A DNA stretch of 64,000 bases from a virus (IMGVR_UViG_2510065065_000004:32001-96000), one strand, 5' to 3'; shown: positions 1 to 9,318, numbered from the stretch's first letter. Program-made: numbers and translations. The notes: generated from the letters alone by a model not told the origin.

Positions 1-149
1 ATGAAGCCCGCGCCCGGATCGAATTACAGATCACCCACCACCACCGTGTGGTGACCACGCTGGCGGCTGTGGACAGCGCAGACATCCATATTCACACCCG
101 CACCGGTCACATCGCCAGCGTGACCATGACGGCACCGGAGACCCAGTAA
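1..149 (+). CDS. 3' end of phage tail-completion/neck protein (partial)
   Basis: Open frame EARARIELQITHHHRVV...APETQ* ending TAA 147-149, abutting the sheath ATG. Confidence 0.6.
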   Translation, partial: EARARIELQITHHHRVVTTLAAVDSADIHIHTRTGHIASVTMTAPETQ

Positions 150-1646
150 ATGGCGCTACCTCTTTCAAACATTGTCACTGTGCAACTCAATGGACAGCCC
201 CTGTCGGCCTCCCGTCGTGACTTTGGGAGGCTGGCCTTGTTCACCCCCGAAGTGGGCACCGTGTTTGTCGATACCAAAACACGGTTCATGGATGCCAGCA
301 CGCAGCAGCAGGTGGAACACGTCTTTGGCAGCTACTCCAAAACCGCAGCCGCCACCGGCCGCTTCTTTGCACAAAGCCCCCGCCCCAAACAGCTCATGGT
401 GGCGCGTTGGAATCGATTTAAACAACACATTGCCGCCTCCCCAACGACACTCACCTCCGGAGCGATTGCCCAGGCCCAGACGTGGTACAAGGGCGTGGAT
501 GACGGCTGCTTTTCCATCCGCATCTATGGTGTGGATGTCACCTTATCCAAGCTGAATTTCACCACGGCCACCTCCTTCTCCCAGGTGGCCGGTGTGTTGA
601 ATAAAGCACTGGATGAGTTTGGAGTGAATTGCCGATTTTTAAATGGCTGCTTTGAACTCTATGCTGCCGTGGCCGGAGGAAATCACGCCATTGGCTATGC
701 ACAGCAGCGCAGTCCTTCTGGCACCTATGTGGGGCATTGGCTGAAGCTTGAAGCCGATCAGGCCCGCCTGACCATCGGCAACAACGCTGACACCATCGAG
801 GCAGAGACACTGCCGGAGGCCTTTGCGGCCTTGCAGGCACTCACCCCAGGCTGGTATGCCGCTGCGGTGGCCGATGAGACATTGACAGACACGCAGATCC
901 GATCCGCCTCCGCCTGGATCCAGGCGGCAGACAAAAAAATCATGGGATGGACGACCCGCGAGGCGGCGCATTTGGACTTTAAAAAAACCAATGTGTTCAG
1001 ACAACTCAATGCATCGGGGCATGACCGTACCGTGGTGCTGTACGACACCACAGACCCCTACGCGGTGATCTCGTGGTTGGCCCGTGCCTTGTCGGTGAAC
1101 TTCAGCGCCAACAACGCCGCCCTGACCATGAAATTTAAGCACCTGCCCGGCGTTGCGGCAGATCAATTGACACAGACCCAGGTGGCCCAATGCCTGCGTT
1201 TAGGCATCAACTATTACGCCTACGTTGATGATGTGGCGATGGTGGCCGAAGGCACCTGTCTTGGCGGGCGCTTCTTTGATGAAGTCCATCTGCTGGATTG
1301 GCTGGTGGATGCGGTGCAAAAGGAGGTGTTTGCCGTCCTGCATCGCAGCCCGACGAAGGTGCCGCTGACGGATGCAGGCACCCACCTGCTGATCGCGGCC
1401 TGCAAAAAAGTCTGCCAAGAAGGGGTCCGTAACGGTGCCTTTGCCCCTGGCCTCTGGAACGGGGAAGCCTTCGGTGCGCTGGCCACGGGCGATTACCTGG
1501 AGGCTGGTTTTTATGTCTGGGCCGATTCAGTGGACACCTTATCGACCTCCGATCGCCAAGCCCGCCGGGCACCGCCACTTCAGATCGCCGTGAAGCTGGC
1601 CGGGGCCATCCATGCGGTGGACGTGCTCATCCATTTTGACCGATAA
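150..1646 (+). CDS. Tail sheath protein (DUF3383-like)
   Basis: 498 aa; FFAQSPRPK, MKFKHLPGV, LAGAIHAVDV motifs; precedes tube gene. Confidence 0.85.
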   Translation: MALPLSNIVTVQLNGQPLSASRRDFGRLALFTPEVGTVFVDTKTRFMDASTQQQVEHVFGSYSKTAAATGRFFAQSPRPKQLMVARWNRFKQHIAASPTTLTSGAIAQAQTWYKGVDDGCFSIRIYGVDVTLSKLNFTTATSFSQVAGVLNKALDEFGVNCRFLNGCFELYAAVAGGNHAIGYAQQRSPSGTYVGHWLKLEADQARLTIGNNADTIEAETLPEAFAALQALTPGWYAAAVADETLTDTQIRSASAWIQAADKKIMGWTTREAAHLDFKKTNVFRQLNASGHDRTVVLYDTTDPYAVISWLARALSVNFSANNAALTMKFKHLPGVAADQLTQTQVAQCLRLGINYYAYVDDVAMVAEGTCLGGRFFDEVHLLDWLVDAVQKEVFAVLHRSPTKVPLTDAGTHLLIAACKKVCQEGVRNGAFAPGLWNGEAFGALATGDYLEAGFYVWADSVDTLSTSDRQARRAPPLQIAVKLAGAIHAVDVLIHFDR

Positions 1647-1655
1647 AGGAATCCC

Positions 1656-2093
1656 ATGTCCGTCTTCGACCCCAAACAAGTGTCGGTGCTGCTCAATGGA
1701 ACCCAGATCAAAGACTGGGCCGATGGCACGGATGTCATCGACGCCAAACACAATGCTGATGCCGGTGCCTACACCATCGGGGCCAGCGGCACGGGCGTGT
1801 TTGTCGCCAACGCCGATCGTTCCGGCACCTTAACGTTAAAAATCAAACAGCACAGCGCTGACAACACCTTTCTGAGCAGGCGACTGGCCCAACAACGCGG
1901 CGCGATCCAGTCCTTCACCCCCTTCACCCTGGATATCCGTGACCTGTTGAATCAGGACGTGGTGACAGCCACCAACGGGTATTTCACGACGCCCCCCGGA
2001 TTTACCCGGGGCGCCGGACACAATCCGGAAACCTGGACACTGGTGTTTGAGGTCATGGAGATCACCCTAGAAAAAGGCTTTGGCAACACATGA
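1656..2093 (+). CDS. Tail tube protein (DUF3277-like)
   Basis: 145 aa, FDPKQVSV start, RBS AAGGA, position after sheath. Confidence 0.8.
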   Translation: MSVFDPKQVSVLLNGTQIKDWADGTDVIDAKHNADAGAYTIGASGTGVFVANADRSGTLTLKIKQHSADNTFLSRRLAQQRGAIQSFTPFTLDIRDLLNQDVVTATNGYFTTPPGFTRGAGHNPETWTLVFEVMEITLEKGFGNT

Positions 2094-2512
2094 ACAATGA
2101 ACATCGTTTTGAAATAGAGGGCCTCACCTATGTCATGACCCCGGCCAATGCGATGGCGGCGTGGCAATCGCTCAAACGCGCCGGGGTGCTGCTGCGGGGG
2201 ATGGATGCGGACGCCCTGGCTAACGCGCAAGGCGCCGCCTCCGTGGCCCTAGGGACGCTCCTAAGCCACCTGGGCGACCCTGCGGTCACCGAGATAGAAG
2301 CCCTGGTGTTTGAACAGACTGCGATCAAGATCCCCGAGGGCACCACCTACCGGCTCAGCAGCGACCGGCTCAATGAGCACTTCAACACCCGCCGCACCCA
2401 TCTGCTGCGCGTCTTGATGGAAGGAGTCAAGTATCAATACAGCGATTTTTTCGTTGGCGGCATGGCAGCCTTCCAGGACCTGATTCCCATGCCGCCCCCC
2501 ACGCAGGCATAA
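2090..2512 (+). CDS. Tail assembly chaperone
   Basis: 140 aa between tube and TMP; slippery T TTT TTC near the 3' end. Confidence 0.75.
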   Translation: MNNEHRFEIEGLTYVMTPANAMAAWQSLKRAGVLLRGMDADALANAQGAASVALGTLLSHLGDPAVTEIEALVFEQTAIKIPEGTTYRLSSDRLNEHFNTRRTHLLRVLMEGVKYQYSDFFVGGMAAFQDLIPMPPPTQA

Positions 2513-2703
2513 CCGATTGGTTCATCTGGGCACCGATCATGCGCGGCTATTGCGATCTTGAGCAACTGCGTACCGTGTACTCCCTCAGTGACCTGTGCGC
2601 CTTCCACACCGCGATGGTGGAATGGGATGCCCTCCAGCATGACGCGCTAACCCCCTGCGATGATTCTCGACGAATTCCTGATCCGCCTTGGCGCGGTCGC
2701 TGA
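2446..2703 (+). CDS. -1 frameshift extension of tail chaperone (gpGT-like)
   Basis: Heptamer T TTT TTC at 2446-2452; -1 frame open to TGA 2703 (..DWFIWAPIMRGYCDLEQLRTVYSLSDL..). Confidence 0.7.
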   Translation, partial: FFRWRHGSLPGPDSHAAPHAGITDWFIWAPIMRGYCDLEQLRTVYSLSDLCAFHTAMVEWDALQHDALTPCDDSRRIPDPPWRGR

Positions 2704-4549
2704 CACCTCAGGCTTCAGCACCTTTAGCACCGGCCTGACCCGCGTCACGGGCCTTGTGACGGTGGCCGCCGCCGCCATGGGCGGGGCGCTGGCGGGAATG
2801 AATCGCTTTGTCGGCAGTGCCCTGAGCGAACTGAATGCACTCACTAGCGCCAGCCAGCGCACCGGAGCCAGCCTGTCCTTCCTCCAGGAGCTGGGCTATG
2901 CGGCGCGTTTGAATGGCTCCTCTGTGGAGGCCTCGACCCGTTCTATTGAATCCTTGTCCCAAAAAATAGGCGAAGCCGCCAATGGGGTAGGGCGTGGGGC
3001 CATGCTGTTCCAGAAGCTGGGCTTGCAGGCCCGACAGGCCAATGGCTCCGTTAAATCTGTCGGCGACATGCTGGGCGAGGTGCAAGACAAGATCCGAGGC
3101 TTGTCGGCACCACAACAGCACTCCATCCTGGCCACCCTGGGCATGGATGCCACCATGCTGCAAACCTTGCGCCTGAGTCGTGAGGCGTTAAACGGTGTCT
3201 TCCAAGAGGCACAGGATCTAGGCGTCATCACCGCGGATGGTGCCGATACCGCGCTGGAGTATGGCGATGCGATGGAACGCCTGCGCGTGGTGATGGGGGC
3301 CTTACGGACCAATATCGCCATTGGGGTGGCACCGGCCTTCACCCGGCTGATTGAGCACTCCAAACACTGGTTGATTGCCAATAAAGAGCAACTGCGTGAT
3401 GGCATCGGCAAAGTCGTCAAGATCCTCATTGCAGCGGGCACCGCCGTATGGAACGTCACCCGTGCGGTGAACAGCGCGGTGAACCAGACCATTGGTTGGA
3501 AAGCGGCGCTGCTGGCCGTGGGCGCGGTGCTGGCCCGGGCCTTTGCACTGAACCCGGTCACCTGGCTGATTGCGGGGATTGTGGCCCTCGTGGCGTTGGT
3601 CGATGACTTCATGACCTATCTGGACGGCGGAGAGTCCTTGCTCGGTGCCTTCTGGGGTCCGCTGATCGCGGACGCCAAGCGCGCCAAGGCGGTGATTGAA
3701 CACCTTACGCCCGCACTCAAAGCCGTTGGCGTCCTCTTGGTAGGACTGGCCATCGGTCAGGTGGTGAGCAACATCGGCCGCCTCCTGGGTGCAGGCCGCA
3801 CTCTGGCGCTGTGGCTGGCGGGGCCGTTGGTGAAAACAATCCAGGCCGCCGCGCTGGCGTTGCGTGCCGCCTTTCTCTCCAACCCCATTGGACTGGTGAT
3901 TGCAAGCGTGGCCCTGCTGGCGTATGCGATCTATACGCATGTTGACAAAATCAAACACTGGGTGGGCACCGCCTGGCAGTGGTGCGCTCGCAAGGCAGAG
4001 GCCGCGCTAGGGGCCACCCGACAGGCAATGCAAGAGGTTGCCGCCGCCGCCAAGACCACCTGGGCCAGCATCAAGGACGCCTGTGCGCTGGCCTTTAGCC
4101 ACAGCATCGCCACCGCCGATCACGCCGTGAACCGCTTGCGGGCCGTGTTCAGCGCCATGGGCACCCGTATCAGCGCCGCCCTGAGCAGCGCTTTCAACAC
4201 CCTCATGAGGCTATGGGATCGCACCGTCGGGCGTATCGCCCAGGGGGCCGAGCGGATCAAAGGCTTGTTCCGAGCGATTGCTCCAACCCTGAAGCAGGCC
4301 GGTCGTGACACCCAAGACGTGGCGCAGCGCGTCAATGCACAGGTGCAGGCCGCCCAGACGACAGGCCGCCACGCCGCTGCTCAGGCCGCCACGCCCGCCC
4401 GTTCCCAGGCCAACGTCCATTCCCAACAGGATGTCAAGATCGATATCCACACCGCCGACCCGATCCTGGCCGGTCGCCAAGCCGCCGCCGACATCAACAG
4501 ACACCACCAGATGGCACTGCGCAATACCGGCAGTGCTGTGGCGTTTTGA
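2660..4549 (+). CDS. Tape measure protein
   Basis: 629 aa Ala/Leu-rich helical protein with NPVTW/NPIG repeats, after the chaperone. Confidence 0.85.
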   Translation: MILDEFLIRLGAVADTSGFSTFSTGLTRVTGLVTVAAAAMGGALAGMNRFVGSALSELNALTSASQRTGASLSFLQELGYAARLNGSSVEASTRSIESLSQKIGEAANGVGRGAMLFQKLGLQARQANGSVKSVGDMLGEVQDKIRGLSAPQQHSILATLGMDATMLQTLRLSREALNGVFQEAQDLGVITADGADTALEYGDAMERLRVVMGALRTNIAIGVAPAFTRLIEHSKHWLIANKEQLRDGIGKVVKILIAAGTAVWNVTRAVNSAVNQTIGWKAALLAVGAVLARAFALNPVTWLIAGIVALVALVDDFMTYLDGGESLLGAFWGPLIADAKRAKAVIEHLTPALKAVGVLLVGLAIGQVVSNIGRLLGAGRTLALWLAGPLVKTIQAAALALRAAFLSNPIGLVIASVALLAYAIYTHVDKIKHWVGTAWQWCARKAEAALGATRQAMQEVAAAAKTTWASIKDACALAFSHSIATADHAVNRLRAVFSAMGTRISAALSSAFNTLMRLWDRTVGRIAQGAERIKGLFRAIAPTLKQAGRDTQDVAQRVNAQVQAAQTTGRHAAAQAATPARSQANVHSQQDVKIDIHTADPILAGRQAAADINRHHQMALRNTGSAVAF

Positions 4550-4802
4550 GGGGATTGTTTAAGAAAACAGACTAAATAGTCTGCCAAACCAGAGTGCAAC
4601 AGTCGGTACGTGGGGTAGCCAACCTATCCCTATAGATAATGGCAAGCAGGCAGATGATCTCCGAAGAGGAAAGTGGTTATAACTATTTTGATATATGAAT
4701 ATAATGTTAATTAATGCGACTATAATCACAAATATGTGATATCAATAAATCTCCTCTATTTAAAAAATGCGTTTAGTTAATGACTGTAGCATTGGAGGAA
4801 AC

Positions 4803-4871
4803 ATGAATCGTGTGATTGGATATCGCAATCCTCGTATACAGGGATGTTTATCTAAACAGTTTAAGGAGTAA
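4803..4871 (+). CDS. Possible 22-aa leader ORF (MNRVIGYRNPRIQGCLSKQFKE)
   Basis: GGAGGA at 4794-4799; its stop abuts the RBS of the next gene. Confidence 0.3.
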   Translation: MNRVIGYRNPRIQGCLSKQFKE

Positions 4872-4875
4872 AAAG

Positions 4876-5052
4876 ATGAGAGAGTTGACCTTTGAAGAAG
4901 CTTTAAAAGTGGATGGTCAGGGGTGGGTTGGGGCCTTCTTGACTGGTGCTGGAACTGGTGCGTATGCCGGTGGTCTTATTGCTGAAGTACCAGGCGCTGT
5001 TGTGGGTACAGTGGTTGGTGGTGTCATAGGTGTTATTGCAAATCTATTTTGA
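4876..5052 (+). CDS. Class II bacteriocin/microcin-like precursor 1 (double-glycine-type leader)
   Basis: RBS AAGGAG 4863-4868; leader MRELTFEEALKVDG; Gly-rich hydrophobic GxxxG core. Confidence 0.75.
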   Translation: MRELTFEEALKVDGQGWVGAFLTGAGTGAYAGGLIAEVPGAVVGTVVGGVIGVIANLF

Positions 5053-5085
5053 TCCTTCTGTTACCACTTCAAGGAGTTAATTAAT

Positions 5086-5274
5086 ATGCGTGAACTTGAA
5101 ATCCATGAGATCGAATCTATCGGCGGTGCCGACATGCATTTGGTTGAAAATCTTGCCGCTGGTGTTACTGCTGGTGCGACTGCTGGCTACATATTCTTTG
5201 GCCCGGCAGGTGCGGCTCTGGGTACGGTAGGTGGTGTTGTAGTCGGTATGTGGACTTCGATATTAGGCGGTTAA
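5086..5274 (+). CDS. Class II bacteriocin/microcin-like precursor 2
   Basis: RBS AAGGAG 5071-5076; leader MRELEIHEIESIGGA resembles the microcin V leader; GPAGAALGTVGG core. Confidence 0.8.
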   Translation: MRELEIHEIESIGGADMHLVENLAAGVTAGATAGYIFFGPAGAALGTVGGVVVGMWTSILGG

Positions 5275-5278
5275 TGAT

Positions 5279-5449
5279 TTAGTTGGTTGGCCGGGTGATC
5301 GGCTCAATAATGAGCTTGTCCTCCTCACGGTGGATCAGAACACGATCACCCGGCAGCTCGAATTCAACGGGAATTCGTACCGCCTGGCTACGATTATTTC
5401 GGAATAGCTTCGCTTCCTTGGTACGTGATAACGGAGATGAAATTGGCAT
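5279..5449 (-). pseudogene. vapB: Truncated VapB/VagC (AbrB-type) antitoxin, no VapC
   Basis: AKLFRNNRSQAVRIPVEFELPGDRVLIHREEDKLIIEP swapped-hairpin motif; stops at 56 aa. Confidence 0.7.
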
Positions 5450-5464
5450 CGGCACAGTACCCAT

Positions 5465-5488
5465 TGCATATACATATTTGTATATGCA
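5465..5488. promoter_or_regulatory. Inverted-repeat operator upstream of vapB remnant
   Basis: TGCATATACA-TATT-TGTATATGCA, perfect 10-bp arms. Confidence 0.6.
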
Positions 5489-5501
5489 TGAATCTGCATG
5501 C

Positions 5502-5777
5502 CTAGCATTCTCGTCGGTAAATCTCACCCCGGTGACCAACACGCACCACAAGGACGCGCAAAACGCTATCTTGAATGGCGCAGACGACCCGGAAATCACC
5601 AACACGATAACGCCAAAAGCCGCCAAGTGGTCCGGTTAATGCTTTACCACTGCTGCGTGGGTTTTCTAGTCCGGCGATGCGCTCATCCATGAAATCGACA
5701 ATGCGCCGCGCCATGTGCTTGTCGAGCTTGCGTAACTGCTGCTTGGCCGTGTCGGTGTAATCAATCGTCCAGGCCAA
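5502..5777 (-). CDS. relE: RelE/StbE-family toxin
   Basis: KQLRKLDK..GKALTGPLGGFWRYRVGDFRVVC..RVGHRGEIYR. Confidence 0.9.
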   Translation of the reverse strand: MAWTIDYTDTAKQQLRKLDKHMARRIVDFMDERIAGLENPRSSGKALTGPLGGFWRYRVGDFRVVCAIQDSVLRVLVVRVGHRGEIYRREC

Positions 5778-5988
5778 GCGTTTTTCTCACGTCGGCAGCA
5801 GAATGCACCTGTTCTTGTCCATGACGGACACGCTCCAACACATCGGCAGCAAGGTAGTAATCCTCCATTTCCTCAATGCCATGCTCAATGATTTCACGCA
5901 GGTAGTAAGCCTTTGTGCGTCCCGTATGGGAGGCAAGATAGTTCAGCCTTTGCTCCATTTCAGGAGAGAGGCGAATCGAAGTCGCCAT
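5761..5988 (-). CDS. RHH antitoxin (RelB/CopG-like)
   Basis: MATSIRLSPEMEQRLNYLASHTGRTKAYYLRE; overlaps toxin start. Confidence 0.85.
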   Translation of the reverse strand: MATSIRLSPEMEQRLNYLASHTGRTKAYYLREIIEHGIEEMEDYYLAADVLERVRHGQEQVHSAADVRKTLGLDD

Positions 5989-6100
5989 GTCAAAACCCCC
6001 ACTTAGATGCATGTATTCATTGTAGCGCAGATGAGATCGCCCAATTGGCATCTCCAAAGCTGACTCCCTGCTTCACCGAAACAGGTTCCCCCCCCCCCTC

Positions 6101-6871
6101 ATGATCGCCCTGACCCACCGCCACATCGGCACCGTCACCCTGGATGCGGTGCTTGAAGAAACGCACCACGCCGAGCTGCGCATCACTGAAAACCCCGTAG
6201 AGTCTGGCGCGATGATTGGTGATCACGCCGTCCTGATGCCGCAAACCGTCACCATCGCTGGCATTGTGGTGGACTACCAACCTCAGCGCAGCCCAGCCCC
6301 TGCCGCAGAGGAGCACGGGGCCGAGCCATTGCGTGTCCTGACCGATCGCGTGCCTTTCCCCACGGACCTGATGCCCTTCACCGCTCAGGCCCTGCGTGTG
6401 GCCCAACGTGAACTGTCCTCGGTGATCGGCCACGCCACTGCACCGCAGAGCGACGGCCAGCACGCCGTGCGCCCTTTGGCCGACTGGCTTCCTGATGACC
6501 AGCCCATCACTTCTGGTGATGACGCTGCCACCACAGGCCGCATTGCCCAGGTGTACACCGCCCTACGGAAGCTACAACGCAGCGGCCAGACCCTGGAGGT
6601 ACACACCGGCGTCCAGACGTATCAAGACATGTTGATTCTTTCCATTGCGGCCAGACAAACCCAGGATGGTTCCATTGAATTGGTGCTGACCGTGCGAGAA
6701 CTATTCATCGTCAAGACAACATCCATTTCTGGTGTCTCATTGCCTGCCCCCAAACGCGGTAGAGCCTCCGCCCAAGGCGCGGCGCAACGCCACAGCGGCC
6801 AGACCCACCCTAAGCAGGCCGACACCGAGAAAAACCGCTCCCTGCTGCGTCAGATGTCTGGACTGTTCTGA
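6101..6871 (+). CDS. Baseplate/tail-tube initiator (Dit-like)
   Basis: LDAVLEETH..ITENPVESGA..DHA motif; first tail gene after the TMP moron. Confidence 0.7.
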   Translation: MIALTHRHIGTVTLDAVLEETHHAELRITENPVESGAMIGDHAVLMPQTVTIAGIVVDYQPQRSPAPAAEEHGAEPLRVLTDRVPFPTDLMPFTAQALRVAQRELSSVIGHATAPQSDGQHAVRPLADWLPDDQPITSGDDAATTGRIAQVYTALRKLQRSGQTLEVHTGVQTYQDMLILSIAARQTQDGSIELVLTVRELFIVKTTSISGVSLPAPKRGRASAQGAAQRHSGQTHPKQADTEKNRSLLRQMSGLF

Positions 6872-7188
6872 TGCGACAGATTTCCGTGGATAGCAGCCCC
6901 TACCAAACCCAATCCTTTCAGATGGCCGGGGACGCCTTACGCTTGATTCTGCGCTGGAATCCGGTGCCCTGCTGCTGGTCGATGGACCTGTACACCGCGA
7001 CCCTAGATCAGCCCGTGGTGCAAGGCGTCCCCTTGATGGTGGGCGTCCCCCTGCTGTGGCGGCGTCCTGTCGATTACTTCTTTTGGCTGACAGATGAAAG
7101 TGGTTTGGAGATGGACCCGATGCGCCAACAGGACCTAGGCGAACGCTGCTTGCTGTTTGTCGGACTGAAACGCGAGGTTCGCCCATGA
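6871..7188 (+). CDS. Small baseplate (plug-like) protein
   Basis: 105 aa, LRWN..CWSMDL..GVPL, coupled to neighbours. Confidence 0.6.
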   Translation: MRQISVDSSPYQTQSFQMAGDALRLILRWNPVPCCWSMDLYTATLDQPVVQGVPLMVGVPLLWRRPVDYFFWLTDESGLEMDPMRQQDLGERCLLFVGLKREVRP

Positions 7189-8015
7189 AACAGTTTGGCC
7201 GCCAGTATCGCCTGGAGCTGGGGTCCAGCCACGATGGCATTGCCATCGACACCCTGCGCATCGCCTTTGACATCCGCAAGACCAGCGACTCCACCCCCAA
7301 CCCCGCCAAGATCACCGTATGGAACCTCAACCGCGATCACCTGAGCTTGCTCACCAGCCGACAGTACAACCGGGTCCGGCTGCTGGCCGGTTACGCAGAG
7401 CTGCGCCTGTTATTTGTCGGTGACATTATCAAGCCTGCTGTGCGGCGTGATGGGACGGATTACGTCATCGAACTGGAATGCGGCGATGGCGATCACGACT
7501 ACCGCAATGCCCACGTTTCCTTATCGTTGGCCGCAGGGGCGACCGATGCCCAGGTGCTGCGGGCACTGAGTACCTCCATGCCGTCTATCCGGCTGGGACC
7601 TATCCAGATGCAGGGACAACGTGGCCTGACCCGCGGCAAAGTGCTCTCAGGCAATACACGGACCCTGCTGGATGCACTGGCTAAAAATCATGGCGCGGAC
7701 TGGTCCATCCAGGATGGCGCACTGATGTTACTGCCTGCCGATACCGTCCTAGCCGGTGACGCCGTGCTGCTGTCCCAAAGCAGCGGCATGATGGGCTCCC
7801 CCGAAGTGACCGATGATGGATTAAAAATCACCACCTTGCTCAATCCGGCCTTGCGCATCGGCGGCCTGGTGCGCGTGGACTCCCTCATCCCCATCTACAA
7901 CGGCGACTACAAAATCACCTCACTGCATGACATGGGCGATGTGATGGCCGAAGCCTGGTTCAGTACGGTGACCTGTGTCGGCGGTGATTTTCAGAACGTG
8001 AGGCCGTCTGTATGA
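7185..8015 (+). CDS. Baseplate hub protein
   Basis: 276 aa; ITVWNL, LAGY, WSIQDG, LLNP motifs. Confidence 0.75.
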   Translation: MKQFGRQYRLELGSSHDGIAIDTLRIAFDIRKTSDSTPNPAKITVWNLNRDHLSLLTSRQYNRVRLLAGYAELRLLFVGDIIKPAVRRDGTDYVIELECGDGDHDYRNAHVSLSLAAGATDAQVLRALSTSMPSIRLGPIQMQGQRGLTRGKVLSGNTRTLLDALAKNHGADWSIQDGALMLLPADTVLAGDAVLLSQSSGMMGSPEVTDDGLKITTLLNPALRIGGLVRVDSLIPIYNGDYKITSLHDMGDVMAEAWFSTVTCVGGDFQNVRPSV

Positions 8016-8652
8016 GTCTGGATGACTGGAATAACGCCTCCCTCAGTGCCGTACTGCAACGCAGTACCGAAGCGCTGGCCCAGCGCCTGCGTGTGGCCTT
8101 GCCTGGGCAGATCGTCCGCTTTAACCCAGTCACCCAAACGGCGACCGTACAGCCGTTGATCCAGCAGAAGAGGAACGATGGCTCCCTTCAGCCCTTACCG
8201 GTGCTCCAGGATGTGCCGGTGTCCTTCCCGCGTGGCGGTGGCTTTGTGATGACCTTTCCCGTGGCTGCTGGGGATGAATGTGAACTCATCTTCCAAGATC
8301 GCTGCATTGATGCCTGGTTCCAGTCAGGCCGTGCGTCCGAGCCTGTGGACTATCGCCTGCATGACCTGTCGGATGCCGTTGCCTGCGTGGGAATTGCTTC
8401 CTTACCCAATGTCATTCCGACGTTTGAAATGGACGGCGTGGTACTGCGCACCCTGGATGGCCGCGCCTCATTCAAACTGGATACCCAAGGCGTGATCACA
8501 CTGCGTGGAACCAAGCTGGTTCTTGATCTTCCCGTGGAATTCACCCAAGGCATCCGTGGTCATGGCGACGTCGTATCAAACGGTATCCGCCTGGAGACAC
8601 ACACCCACGACAACGTAGAGAACGGCCAGGACAGACAGGCCCGGCCCAATGA
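8012..8652 (+). CDS. Baseplate spike (Gp138-like) with apparent 1-bp deletion near 8626
   Basis: VALPGQIV, FPRGGGF, HTH metal tip; adding one C gives NGPGQTGPAQ* with ATGA overlap at 8649-8652; as sequenced it reads to 8833. Confidence 0.75.
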
Positions 8653-9002
8653 GAGTGCGCCGCGTGGACAGCCAAGGGGATTGGACCTTCGGCAACGGGC
8701 GCGGCAACTATGCGGCCGCCAGCGATTGCGTGGCACAGCGGGTGAAGACACGGCTGCGCTCCTTCCGTGGCAACTGGTTCCTGGATCTGGACCACGGCCT
8801 GCCGTGGCTGGACCTGATGGAGCGGCCTGCTGACCTGGTACACCTGGAGCGCGAGGTCAAGCGCACCATCCTCACCACCGAAGGCGTGCGCCGCCTCACC
8901 GCCTTCTCAATGGCCTTGGACGCGGATACCCGCACCTTCACCATCCACGTCACCTTGCTGGATGCGTACCAACAGGCGATGACCGTTAGTACCACGCTGT
9001 GA
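8649..9002 (+). CDS. Baseplate wedge protein (gp46/gp25-like)
   Basis: GDWTFGNG, GNWFLDLDHGLPW, TEGV motifs. Confidence 0.75.
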   Translation: MRVRRVDSQGDWTFGNGRGNYAAASDCVAQRVKTRLRSFRGNWFLDLDHGLPWLDLMERPADLVHLEREVKRTILTTEGVRRLTAFSMALDADTRTFTIHVTLLDAYQQAMTVSTTL

Positions 9003-9012
9003 GGGGATGCGT

Positions 9013-9318
9013 TTAACGCATAGAGGAAGGAGTGAATGACATCCGTAAACCAAGCGCCTTAGCCACTTTTAAGATGGTTGAGAAGCTTGGGTTGCCGTCG
9101 TTAGAGAGTGCCTTGTCTAGTCCTTGCCTGGACATACCAACGTCACGAGCAAGCTGACTTAAATTACGAGCACGAGCGACAGCACCAAGTGCCCGTGCAA
9201 TAAAAGCAGGATTATCCCTACCACCTTCTTCCATGACGGCTTCCATATAAGCCGCAATATCTTCTTCGGTTTTGAGGTAGTCAGCGGTGTCGTATCGACT
9301 AAACGTCTCATTATTCAT
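9013..9318 (-). CDS. HTH addiction-module antitoxin (HigA-like)
   Basis: DTADYLKTEEDIAAY..ARALGAVARAR..GNPSFSTILKV. Confidence 0.88.
   Translation of the reverse strand: MNNETFSRYDTADYLKTEEDIAAYMEAVMEEGGRDNPAFIARALGAVARARNLSQLARDVGMSRQGLDKALSNDGNPSFSTILKVAKALGLRMSFTPSSMR

Noticed and set aside
2896-3958. Long antisense ORFs here and at 19320-20123 and 54001-54708
   Set aside because: Shadow frames of GC-rich coding genes with no RBS or recognisable motifs
4816-4875. N-terminal extension of peptide 1 in the ORF track
   Set aside because: Strong RBS and leader motif place the start at 4876
6088-6098. C11 tract before the Dit-like start as a phase-variation switch
   Set aside because: Intergenic, single observation, and homopolymer lengths look unreliable in this sequence
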